Shown here one piece after another: positions 1-8,056 of a stretch of 64,000 nt of DNA. Every line of letters begins with the position of its first letter. Position 1 is the stretch's first letter. The translations under genes were made by a program, and so were the position numbers. A model generated the notes under the pieces. The model made no database searches, was not told where the DNA came from, and saw nothing but the letters and a program-made list of their open reading frames with translations. This stretch comes from Abditibacteriaceae bacterium. Its GTDB lineage: Bacteria > Armatimonadota > Abditibacteriia > Abditibacteriales > Abditibacteriaceae. The stretch spans positions 15,944 through 79,943 of the forward strand of contig DASVRI010000028.1 of assembly GCA_036388675.1 (NCBI GenBank), read 5' to 3'.

Positions 1-57
1 CCGTCGAGGTGATGTCGACACTCAGAGAAGCGCAAAAACGCCTGATTTTTTGCGACA

Positions 58-276
58 TTGAGCCTGTTCAAAGGTCACGAAGAAATCACGCTGGAGGTTT
101 TGGGATGGCTTCTAGAAAGTCTTAGCGAATCAACTGACAAAACCGACAAAACCCGATTTGATGTGGCTTTTTATCCCAGAGACCACTACGACATCAGCCT
201 GGCTAGGCAACATGCGGTGAAAGAACGTGGAGAGATCCGCGAGTACTTACTGCAAAAATCAGAGGAGGAACTATGA
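58..276 (+). CDS. Hypothetical small protein (72 aa, TTG start)
   Basis: From the ORF track. A 36-aa ORF starts in an ATGA overlap at 273. No recognisable domain. Confidence 0.3.
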   Translation: MSLFKGHEEITLEVLGWLLESLSESTDKTDKTRFDVAFYPRDHYDISLARQHAVKERGEIREYLLQKSEEEL

Positions 277-876
277 ACGACTTTGAAACCATTCACCCGA
301 TTGTCTCGGCGATGGTCGCGCTGATGCAGCGTGAGGGACTGGAAGAGTTTCTGACAACCGCGTCGCTACTCGAATTCTTTTAAACGAGCACGCAGCACCG
401 GAACTGAAAAATGATCCGCGTTGGCCCGAGCTCCCTGTAGGCTTTTCAATCGCTCTTAAGAAAAACCGCGACGACTTGTTGCGCGCCGGCGTGCGCATTG
501 TTCAGACCGAGCGACGGAAAACCAATGGCAAGCGCGGCAAGGTGCTACGACTCACACCAGTGCCGCCCTTGGTGCCGGAAAATGCCGAAAAGGTGCTCGA
601 AAATGCGGGGAATGGAAGGTGATTTTTGATGCGAAATCAGCGCGATTCACGCTCAGCAAGCCCTCTTTCGTATTATGGACAAAAGAAAGACGAAACGAAC
701 CGTCTTTTCCGACAAAATCTCTTCATCTCACCACCCTGAAAACAGCAGAAATTATCGTATTTAATGGGCAGCTTCGACTCGTTTGCGGGTAGTAGCGACG
801 GCAATACGAGAAAGTTTGTGAAAAACCTGTAAACAAACTGTTCACAAATTACTAACTGTAGTCACAATTTTTCACT

Positions 877-1362
877 TTGGAGGACAGTATGAGCAACACA
901 ATCAACTTCGATGCAACGATAGAAGCCGCTGGCACAACGGCTGGAGAATTCGTGCTACGTCGCGGCAAGATCTTCGAGGCTGGAAAATTTCCTGAACTGG
1001 GCGGGTTCGAGGTCACACCCGAGGAAGCGAAAGCGGCTGTCGCTGCGTTCAAGCCGTGCGCGGTCAACCTTGAGCACACTTCGTCGCTGCTCGATAACAA
1101 ACTCGGGAGCCTGCTTTCTGTAGAAATGGGCGCCGATGGCAAGTCGATTTTCGGGGTACTCGCTGAACCAAAATGGCTCGCGGACCTGGTACCCGAAGGC
1201 AAGCGCAAAGTTTCCATCGAGTTGCACAAGCTGAAAAAGACAATCGAGGGCATTGCGTTGACGCTTTCGCCTCGCAGCCGGACGTCGCCGAGTACTCGCG
1301 CACCAAAGCGGCGCAACTCATCGCGGCCAATAAAGGTGTCCGCTCTTTTTGCTCCTGCGTAG
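877..1362 (+). CDS. Phage-related protein fragment, tentatively Mu gpI-like N-terminal region
   Basis: Pattern GKIFEAGKFPELG..FEVTPEEAKAAVAAF...NLEH...DGKSIFGVL..PKW...VSIEL...IEGIALTLSP resembles the Mu-like prophage protein I architecture, from memory. The 3' end overlaps an opposite-strand gene fragment, so it is probably truncated. Confidence 0.3.
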   Translation: MEDSMSNTINFDATIEAAGTTAGEFVLRRGKIFEAGKFPELGGFEVTPEEAKAAVAAFKPCAVNLEHTSSLLDNKLGSLLSVEMGADGKSIFGVLAEPKWLADLVPEGKRKVSIELHKLKKTIEGIALTLSPRSRTSPSTRAPKRRNSSRPIKVSALFAPA

Positions 1363-1565
1363 CCTTTTCCTCGATGACTTTCACACGAGCGATAGTGTTG
1401 TCCGACACACCGGCAATCTTGGCAAGCTAGGCGCGAGTATTTACAGGTTCTTCCGCTTTTGCACAATTCTGCAAAGGCTGGGGATTCACTCCTCCAGTTG
1501 ATGTGACAAGATTCTCTTTTGCTTTGACTCGAAAGATTTCTTCCAGTTGAAGCGCAAGGCGTGCG
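1290..1565 (-). pseudogene. ParB/KorB-like HTH gene remnant (no start codon, in-frame TAG)
   Basis: Minus-strand frame reads ERARLALQLEEIFRVKAKENL..GGVNPQPLQNCAKAEEPVNTRA*LAKIAGVSDNTIARVKVIEEKATQEQKE. This is typical of the C-terminal half of phage ParB-like proteins. It is interrupted by an amber codon near 1430 and lacks the N-terminal domain. Confidence 0.35.
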
Positions 1566-1568
1566 CGT

Positions 1569-2039
1569 TCAGGCTACTATGGTGCGAGGCCGACCACCTT
1601 TTTTACCATTGACGCGCGCTGCTGCTGCTTTGGCCGCGCTCTTCTTGGCACCACCAGCCTGCCCCATGCTTTGCACTGTAGATAGCCCAAGCGCGAGACT
1701 CAACACAGCAATCAGCGTCATTTGAACATCCAAGCTATCCCAAAACAGAGCACGACCATCTACAACACGCACATCAGACAGATTCCCATCCGTGGCATCA
1801 TTCAAGCCGCGCAACTCGCGTGCTGGCGTGGCGACAGTGGCGCCGCCACGCAGCGCGATATGAAGTAATCCTGTCGCTGGGTCATATCGCACATCTTCGG
1901 CGTGTGGCTCACGAGCGCGTCGCTCTTCACTTTCACGAGCTATGCGCCGCAAGTCCTCATCCGAATACGGAAACACTGGCAAACGCTTTGGCGTAGCCTT
2001 CTCTGTCGCCTTCATCATACTCAACTCCTTCACCGTCAT
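1569..2039 (-). CDS. DUF2442-domain protein with a C-terminal TM segment and basic GGRPR tail
   Basis: DVRYDPATGLLHIALRGGATVATPARELRGL...VRVVDGRALFWDSLDVQM matches the DUF2442 pattern. It is followed by a hydrophobic segment and ARVNGKKGGRPR. Confidence 0.65.
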   Translation of the reverse strand: MTVKELSMMKATEKATPKRLPVFPYSDEDLRRIARESEERRAREPHAEDVRYDPATGLLHIALRGGATVATPARELRGLNDATDGNLSDVRVVDGRALFWDSLDVQMTLIAVLSLALGLSTVQSMGQAGGAKKSAAKAAAARVNGKKGGRPRTIVA

Positions 2040-2042
2040 TCC

Positions 2043-2282
2043 TCAAGGCACCGGACTGATCCGATCCCACTCACTCAAGAGGTACTCTTGATTAGCTGCT
2101 ACTAACTGCCACGCTTGGCGAATAATGCGGCTGGTGGCGTGCCGGTTCACTTCACGAATGTCTAAGGTATCAAGATTTATTACGACCTCGGCCCCGGCAT
2201 GCCACACGTGAACATGGCGCGGTAGATGGTCATTCGTGTAAATCTTCACGTCAAAGCCGTTGCTTTGTAGAACCGTTGGCAT
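2043..2282 (-). CDS. DUF4160-domain protein
   Basis: MPTVLQSNGFDVKIYTNDHLPRHVHVWHAGAEVVINL...LLSEWDRI matches the DUF4160 consensus (F..YsNDH.PPH.HV). The stop lies 3 nt upstream of the DUF2442 gene start. Start taken at the internal MPTV. Confidence 0.8.
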   Translation of the reverse strand: MPTVLQSNGFDVKIYTNDHLPRHVHVWHAGAEVVINLDTLDIREVNRHATSRIIRQAWQLVAANQEYLLSEWDRISPVP

Positions 2283-2335
2283 ATCTTCCTCGTACATTTA
2301 ATATAACCCAAGCCTTTGGGTTTTTCAAACAGGGC

Positions 2336-2614
2336 ATGACGCAGGAAAAAACGGCGGCTGTCGTTGGTGTAACAGATCAAATGGTGGCAAAGTGGGAGAA
2401 GAACGAAAGGAACTTGAAAAATCAAGATGCTTTCGTTGAAAGCGAACCAGACGACGACACCGAACCAGCCCCAATTATTCCCGACTTGCGTGTATCGGTG
2501 CCGCGTACGGCGCACGTTGAGATACCCCTTCTGTCCAAAAAACTGCTTTTCTGGATTTTTACCCTTCCACTTGGGAAAAGGTCTCACGAGACACACCTAC
2601 CCCTCCTTATTTGA
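2336..2614 (+). CDS. Putative small HTH protein
   Basis: MTQEKTAAVVGVTDQMVAKWEKNE looks like a helix-turn-helix. It is divergent from the DUF4160 gene. The C-terminal half is low quality. Confidence 0.3.
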   Translation: MTQEKTAAVVGVTDQMVAKWEKNERNLKNQDAFVESEPDDDTEPAPIIPDLRVSVPRTAHVEIPLLSKKLLFWIFTLPLGKRSHETHLPLLI

Positions 2615-3832
2615 GAGACCCCTACCCCTGTGTAAAGTAGAATCGACAGCAGGCTGGCGGCGCGGTCGTGATGCAGCGAGTGTTAAAGATGTAACAGTGT
2701 GCAGGTATAGTTATCAGGCGCGGGTAAGTTATTTCGATTTGATGCGCTTGCGCAGCCAAGGCTCACGATAGAACCACGCGAAGCGATGGCAGAACCACAT
2801 AGCCGCGTCAAAGAGGCCTAAAGCAACAATCAATAATCAATAAAGCATCCATAATGCGTAGTGTAAGCGTTTTCAAAGAGTACTTATGTCCCGACCCTGC
2901 TAGGTCATTCGATATAACAGCATTGAATATAAATAAAGTTACATTCATTTCATCGGCGTTTTTGTCAATATTCCGTGCTCAGATTGACCCGCTTCGAGGA
3001 CTCGTTTCAGGTGTCCAAACCATCGTTATATTCAATGAAGTCTCAATATCGCGTTTGATATGATGCACTGCTGTTCTATCTGCGAACGGTTCGCAGATGC
3101 ACCACGTTTATAACTTTGCGTTTAAAGGCGATTCTAGGCGTTGAGGGTGTGAGACTGCGTAAGTGTGCGGACGTTGGGGAATCGGCTGTCAGCGTGGCAC
3201 CAGCACGCGGGAATCAATACAGATTCAGCGCTGAAGCAGCAGCCACAAAACCAAGACTGAACAGACAACTAAAACTGTTGCAACTGTGACAATCTCCCAC
3301 AGACTGGAAGCGGCGAAAGAACCGAGCAGAACAACACTCATACACACTCCGAGACAGTGAACAATTGCAATCCGTACATTCTTGTTGATTTTCATCATTA
3401 TGCAGTTTCACTAATTGCGACGCTGCACACAAAAAGCAAAAGAGCGGGCAACCCGTAGGCTACCCGCTCTTTCCCTGTTTGCTACTTATGTGCGATCTGT
3501 GAGTTAATTGCAGACTCACTCACCCCAGTATTTCACGACTGTCGCTACGTAAGCAGCGGATACTCCTACTGCTAACGCAGCGGCACCAAACAACGCCATC
3601 ATGACATTTCTCCCTTGCTCTTGTTTTTCGCCGCAGGGGATACAGCAAGTCAGTGACCTACTGAACGACAGTTTGTGCGGCAACACACAAAACAAAAAGC
3701 AGAGCAACCCGAAGGCTACTCCGCTCTTTGAGTACTCGTGTTACCTGGTGAACCGTTCCCACACATCCACCAGCCCAAACGCCGCCAGCAGATAGACACC
3801 GATCAATAGCACCGGCGCTGCGCTGTCGGGCG

Positions 3833-4018
3833 TCACTGTGTTTCCTCGATTCGTTCCTCGACCGCTGCCACCAGATACTTCATCAATTCAACGGCCCGAG
3901 ACTGCGGGCAATGACAGAAGAGTTCAAACTCGCTGGGTGTGTCCTCGAAAAGAGTGCAGCGCACGCCTTTGTCGGCGAAGTGCAGGGCCAAGATGTCGAG
4001 CCATTCCTTGTCATTCAT
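3833..4018 (-). CDS. Hypothetical small protein (61 aa)
   Basis: Its ATG lies in an ATGA overlap with the stop of the upstream ORF (4015-4018). No recognisable domain. Confidence 0.4.
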   Translation of the reverse strand: MNDKEWLDILALHFADKGVRCTLFEDTPSEFELFCHCPQSRAVELMKYLVAAVEERIEETQ

Positions 4019-4410
4019 CTTGATGACGCAGGCCGGCGCGAACGTGTTTGTCGCGTTATACACTTTGCTCGTGGTCGTGGCCTCACGCTCCCGAAGAGCT
4101 TCTTTGCTTTGGCCGTGGCGCGCTGTTCCTTGCGCTCATTCCACGGCTTACCTTTCCATTGCTTGTAGAAGCGGCGGAAATCATGCTGTGAGCCTTTGAG
4201 ACCGGCAACATCAAGCATCTTCTGCGTTTCCTTCGCCAGTGCATCGATCTGCTGCAACAGGCCGCGAATCTCAGCCTGTTTCTTGTAGGCTTCGTCTTCA
4301 AGCCATTGGCTCATATCGCACGCCCAGTTGCACATTTCCCAGGTCATGGCCGTGCGCTCAAGGTATTCCTCGTGCTCTTTGTCACGGTCTAGCTGTTCGG
4401 TTTCACTCAT
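4015..4410 (-). CDS. Hypothetical protein (131 aa), acidic and coiled-coil-like
   Basis: GGAGGA lies 5 nt upstream of the ATG at 4410. Sits immediately downstream of tRNA-Arg on the same strand. Confidence 0.5.
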   Translation of the reverse strand: MSETEQLDRDKEHEEYLERTAMTWEMCNWACDMSQWLEDEAYKKQAEIRGLLQQIDALAKETQKMLDVAGLKGSQHDFRRFYKQWKGKPWNERKEQRATAKAKKLFGSVRPRPRAKCITRQTRSRRPASSR

Positions 4411-4437
4411 TGGATCCTCCGTGTTGTTTTCCGACAA

Positions 4438-4510
4438 TAGGCCCGGCGGGAATCGAACCCGCGACCGTCGCGTTAGGATCGCGCTGCTCTGTCCACTGAG
4501 CTACGGGCCT
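4438..4510 (-). tRNA. tRNA-Arg (anticodon CCT)
   Basis: The reverse complement folds as a cloverleaf. Acceptor AGGCCCG/CGGGCCT; D arm GCTC-AGTGGACA-GAGC; anticodon stem GCGCG/CGCGA with one G-A mismatch; loop ATCCTAA; T arm GCGGG-TTCGATT-CCCGC; discriminator A. No encoded CCA. Confidence 0.85.
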
Positions 4511-4519
4511 GAGTACTCG

Positions 4520-4699
4520 CTACGCCGCGCGCTGCGCCAGCACATCGGAAGCGATGAGCCCCTGGCGCTCGTAGCGGGCTGTGCATTCTTCAAGCAGTTC
4601 CAAGGCTTCGGCGCACGTAGCGCGATAACCCTGCATGTCGCCTGCTACCCACACTTCCCAATCGCGTGTCTCTTCATCGAACTGAATTCCGGTTTGCAT
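4520..4699 (-). CDS. Hypothetical small protein (59 aa)
   Basis: GGAGGA lies 7 nt upstream of the ATG at 4699. Sequence MQTGIQFDEETRDWEVWVAGDMQGYRATCAEALELLEE is vaguely HicB/UPF0150-like (weak). Confidence 0.4.
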   Translation of the reverse strand: MQTGIQFDEETRDWEVWVAGDMQGYRATCAEALELLEECTARYERQGLIASDVLAQRAA

Positions 4700-4738
4700 A
4701 GCAATATCCTCCAAATTCCCAACTGATAGGTATTATAT

Positions 4739-4805
4739 CTGTCTGTTGGGTTTAATGCAAGTCACTGCAATACTAGAAGAGGAATATTTTCCTGTCCGTT
4801 GGGTT
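4739..4805. promoter_or_regulatory. Divergent control region with two CTGTCYGTTGGGTT direct repeats
   Basis: Copies at 4739-4752 and 4792-4805, 13/14 identical and 53 bp apart. Each is followed by an AT-rich -10-like hexamer (TTTAAT, TATAAT). Lies between divergent small genes starting at 4699 (-) and 4822 (+). Confidence 0.35.
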
Positions 4806-4821
4806 CGGTTATAATAAGGGC

Positions 4822-5043
4822 ATGGACGAGAAGGAATTGATTCGCCAGGCGATGAGCGTGATTGGAAGCCGACGCACCGAAGCCAAAGCAAAGGCATCAC
4901 GAGCGAACGGCAAGAGAGGCGGGCGCCCGAGCACTGCCATCAAGCCGCTGTCTGAATTCGAGTGCAAGTGTGGAGCAACTCAGGACAGCGAGCACAAGTC
5001 GTATTGTCCGCGTGGCCGCGCCTACAGACGACGGCAGAGGTAG
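4822..5043 (+). CDS. Small basic protein with NGKRGGRP motif and a Cys/His cluster
   Basis: ORF of 73 aa. Contains SRANGKRGGRPS followed by CKCG...HKSYCPRG. A strong hairpin sits at the stop codon. Confidence 0.45.
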   Translation: MDEKELIRQAMSVIGSRRTEAKAKASRANGKRGGRPSTAIKPLSEFECKCGATQDSEHKSYCPRGRAYRRRQR

Positions 5044-5106
5044 TGCGAATTAAGCGAACTAAGTGCGTAGTACTCGCAAAAATTGCTTAGTTCGCTTAAT
5101 TCGCAC
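5043..5106 (+). terminator. 21-bp perfect inverted repeat hairpin (putative terminator)
   Basis: GTGCGAATTAAGCGAACTAAG (5043-5063) pairs with CTTAGTTCGCTTAATTCGCAC (5086-5106), followed by CTTTT. The 22-nt loop carries TAGTACTC, a one-mismatch copy of the iterated palindrome. Confidence 0.5.
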
Positions 5107-5260
5107 CTTTTAAAGGAAGTAGCCTATGGCACTCGGTAGCAACGAGTTGGAGTGCATAGCTAATAGTGCTCTAACAAAGAGCGCCTAGTTTTCAAAAAGG
5201 TAGGGTTGTAGAGGCGTAGTGCTGAGCGTGAAATAGGCAAAAACACGCGTATAAACAGCA

Positions 5261-5307
5261 CTTCCTTTGGGAGCAGGAAGTCGTCAGTTCGAATCTGGCC
5301 ATCCCGA
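5261..5307 (+). other. tRNA 3'-end fragment (possible att scar)
   Basis: T arm GTCAG-TTCGAAT-CTGGC, acceptor 3' strand CATCCCG, discriminator A, preceded by a CTTCC...GGAAG stem. No matching 5' acceptor strand or anticodon arm lies upstream. Confidence 0.45.
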
Positions 5308-5457
5308 TTACCTCACACTCTGTTTTTCACTTTCCTTCTCACAATGAGCGCCTGTTTCTCAATTTCCAGCAGCCCAAATTTTGATTTTGAAGTGTTTAAA
5401 TGCAAGAAAGAGAGTGCAGTTGGTGAGTATTCAAATGTTGTGTTGAAGGTATCGTAA

Positions 5458-5821
5458 TCAACCGCCTTTAACAATTTCCTTCCAGATTACGCTTTTCAGC
5501 ACACTTGCAGCTACAGCACTTACACAGTTAGCAATGATGCCCGTCCATACTAACCCTGCGCCCCATCCACTGAATAATACATGGTGAATGGAAGCCCACA
5601 AACTGTGGCAAAATCCGTCCGTGACACCATATCGTAATCCATAGTCTTATAACTGTAGATATTTGCGCTTGCGTACAACATCACAGTGACAAGCGCCGGA
5701 CGTGCAAAGAAGTGCTTTTTGGTATGCATTTGGTGTTGCAATGCTGCGTATTAGGCCTGGAAGATGTGGTCTAAGAAATAACACTAGCACAGCGAAAAGT
5801 ATGATGCCGTAGTCTTGCCAT
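5458..5821 (-). pseudogene. Possible frameshifted small membrane-protein gene
   Basis: Three consecutive minus-strand frames each encode hydrophobic helices: MRWQDYGIILFAVLVLF.., ..RPALVTVMLYASANIY.., ..GWGAGLVWTGIIANCVSAVAASVL... Only the middle piece is in the ORF track. Confidence 0.25.
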
Positions 5822-6312
5822 CTCATTCTGTTGCTCCTGTAAAGTCTTATAAGTTATGGCACCAATGTAGAGGCGCGCGCCACTTCTACCGCGTTACGGT
5901 TGCGTCCTTGATTGCTCTGCCACGCCGATGTTCGCGCACGCATTGGACGGTCTTCCTGGTGATGCTCAATTGCGCTTCTTCTGCTGTTCGAGAATTTTAG
6001 ATTGCTTCTTCCGCTTCCTTAAGCCATCCATTCAAACCAATTCGTTGCGCTCAATCTTCAGCGTACTCAGCGGCATCATGTTGCGTTGTGTAATCTGTGA
6101 CAACGATTTTGTCCTGTGCGTTTACTGTAGCGAAGTTTCTGCCCTGGCAAAGTTGGCCCTGCCGTTATTGCGAGCATATTTGAGGAAAATTCATTCTCGT
6201 GTAACAATATGACCGCCTCTATGTGAAAGTCTCCTTAACATTCAGCAATGTCACTATAGAACTCTAACGCACAGGGTAGGAAACATATCCATGATGCCGC
6301 ACAGGAGAATTC

Positions 6313-7746
6313 GTGACCGTTCCACACAACCAACCAACCAAGCCTAAGCCGTCTCGTCCGCGTTCAACAATAGTCAGCACTGCGCCACGAAATCGGCGTC
6401 TGTTGCAGGCGATGCCGGAAAAAAGAGCTGCTTCGACGGGAGAGGGCGCAGACTCCCGTCAGTGGCCTAACAGCCTGCTCGATTTCCTAAACCCGTGGAA
6501 AGATTTGGCGACGGCTGTCTTGGGGTTGGCAGGGCTGTTTTATGTCGTTGGCTTTGTCGTTACTAATACCTATTTATCGAGCTATGGCATCAATGATTTT
6601 ACGCTCCTTAAAGCTCGTTATATCGCCACCGGAACACTCTTCCTCCTATTGGCGGTTTTAGTTATATATCCCGCCTACTTCATGACACGTTACCTCATCT
6701 CGTGGGTGTTTCAGAAGGCTGACCAACTGTATCTTGATGTTTTAAAAACCTGGGCTACTTCATATGCGACCCGTGCGCAGATTGCGGCTATGAGGCGCGA
6801 ATTGGCACAAATGCCTACAGAGGTGGCTGAAAAATGCTCGGTGTTACTCGCTGACGAAGAAGCCGCACTTCGTGAAGACCCAACTCGTAAAAATGAGACC
6901 GACGTGGGTAGCGCACAAAGCACAATAATGCAGACACTTGTGAGTTACAGCCCCCAACTGATGTCGAAGTTGTATGGCATTTATGTATACAGTGGTCTTC
7001 TGTTGATTAGCGGAATTCTTATCAGTGGCTTAATCTCAGCGACAGCTTTCGCTTTCTTGAGCAGGCCCTGGTGGTTTGGCCGCACCGACATTGACATGAC
7101 CTCTTGGTGGCATTGGATGCTAAATTCAGCATTCGAGGAGTTTGGGCCCTGGTATATTGGGTGTTCGATATTCGGCGTCATTTTAGGCGTAATGAGCGGC
7201 GGCTTGTTAGAAGGGACTTTATTCTCTCATTTACTCGGCCAACAGCGACCGAAGCGGAGCGCACTTTCAGCTTCTAGAAAGCAGCTATCAGCACGGGAGA
7301 GTGGTTACAAAGTGTATGGTCTTCCTCCTGCCTATTGGGGCATCATGGCAGCACTATTCCTAACGCTGTGGATTATTCCCGATTTTGCAAGAAGCATATA
7401 CCCACTGATTTCTCCTGCTCTTGGTGGTGGAAAACCATCAACAGTTCAACTCATTGCTGACGGTGAATCCGCTCCTGTGGTCACGGCTCTTATACCCGTC
7501 GAGGTAACATACAGAGCGTCACCAGCGCCCAAATCCGTGGGCAACAAGGTAGTAAAGAGTTCCGGTCAAGAGCCGGTGAAAGCCATCAAGACGGTTGAAG
7601 TGGAGGTGCTTGATGAAAATGACACAGCACTATTCTTACGTCTAAAGCCACGCGCCACCCCAAACCAACAGGAGCTTTGGCAAGCCATTCGTATTGATAA
7701 ATCGTTAATCAAAGCGACGTTCTTCAAAGAGGCCACACATGAGTAA
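6313..7746 (+). CDS. Hypothetical polytopic membrane protein (477 aa)
   Basis: Long ORF with a GTG start, a basic disordered N-terminus, several hydrophobic segments and a small soluble C-terminal domain. No family recognised. Confidence 0.6.
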   Translation: MTVPHNQPTKPKPSRPRSTIVSTAPRNRRLLQAMPEKRAASTGEGADSRQWPNSLLDFLNPWKDLATAVLGLAGLFYVVGFVVTNTYLSSYGINDFTLLKARYIATGTLFLLLAVLVIYPAYFMTRYLISWVFQKADQLYLDVLKTWATSYATRAQIAAMRRELAQMPTEVAEKCSVLLADEEAALREDPTRKNETDVGSAQSTIMQTLVSYSPQLMSKLYGIYVYSGLLLISGILISGLISATAFAFLSRPWWFGRTDIDMTSWWHWMLNSAFEEFGPWYIGCSIFGVILGVMSGGLLEGTLFSHLLGQQRPKRSALSASRKQLSARESGYKVYGLPPAYWGIMAALFLTLWIIPDFARSIYPLISPALGGGKPSTVQLIADGESAPVVTALIPVEVTYRASPAPKSVGNKVVKSSGQEPVKAIKTVEVEVLDENDTALFLRLKPRATPNQQELWQAIRIDKSLIKATFFKEATHE

Positions 7747-8056
7747 CGAAAGCTCGCTGTTCCACGCGCCGGTCTTCCGATTTTGGAGTGTTTAGACGTT
7801 GAGAAAGAGCTTGTTAAGACCCGACTCGGACATCATGTGTCGCTTTATAACGAAGGGAGCACCTTTTCTTACAGGTGATGACGGCGATAGCGTGACGCCT
7901 CTCGCCGCGACAAATAGAGCTGATGATACGCGGTAGTGAATCGGGAGCCGTCGCAACGACAGCACGCGATGTTGACGCAGATAGTCCGCTCTATTTCGAG
8001 TTTGCTCGTATTCACGATGTGGTCGTGAGGCTACAAGGCTGTCAGAGTACACCTAT

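Larger units (their letters stand above)
1..5307. mobile_element. Probable degraded prophage / integrative-element remnant
   Basis: Run of very small ORFs with ATGA overlaps. Contains Mu gpI-like and ParB-like fragments, a DUF4160/DUF2442 pair, an embedded tRNA-Arg, and a tRNA 3' fragment at 5261-5307. No integrase is seen in the window. Confidence 0.35.

Noticed and set aside
5200-5307. A complete type II tRNA or tmRNA at the tRNA-like 3' fragment
   Set aside because: No 5' acceptor strand complementary to CATCCCG, no D arm and no anticodon arm lie upstream. The acceptor lacks the G1-G2-G3/G3:U70 features of tmRNA.
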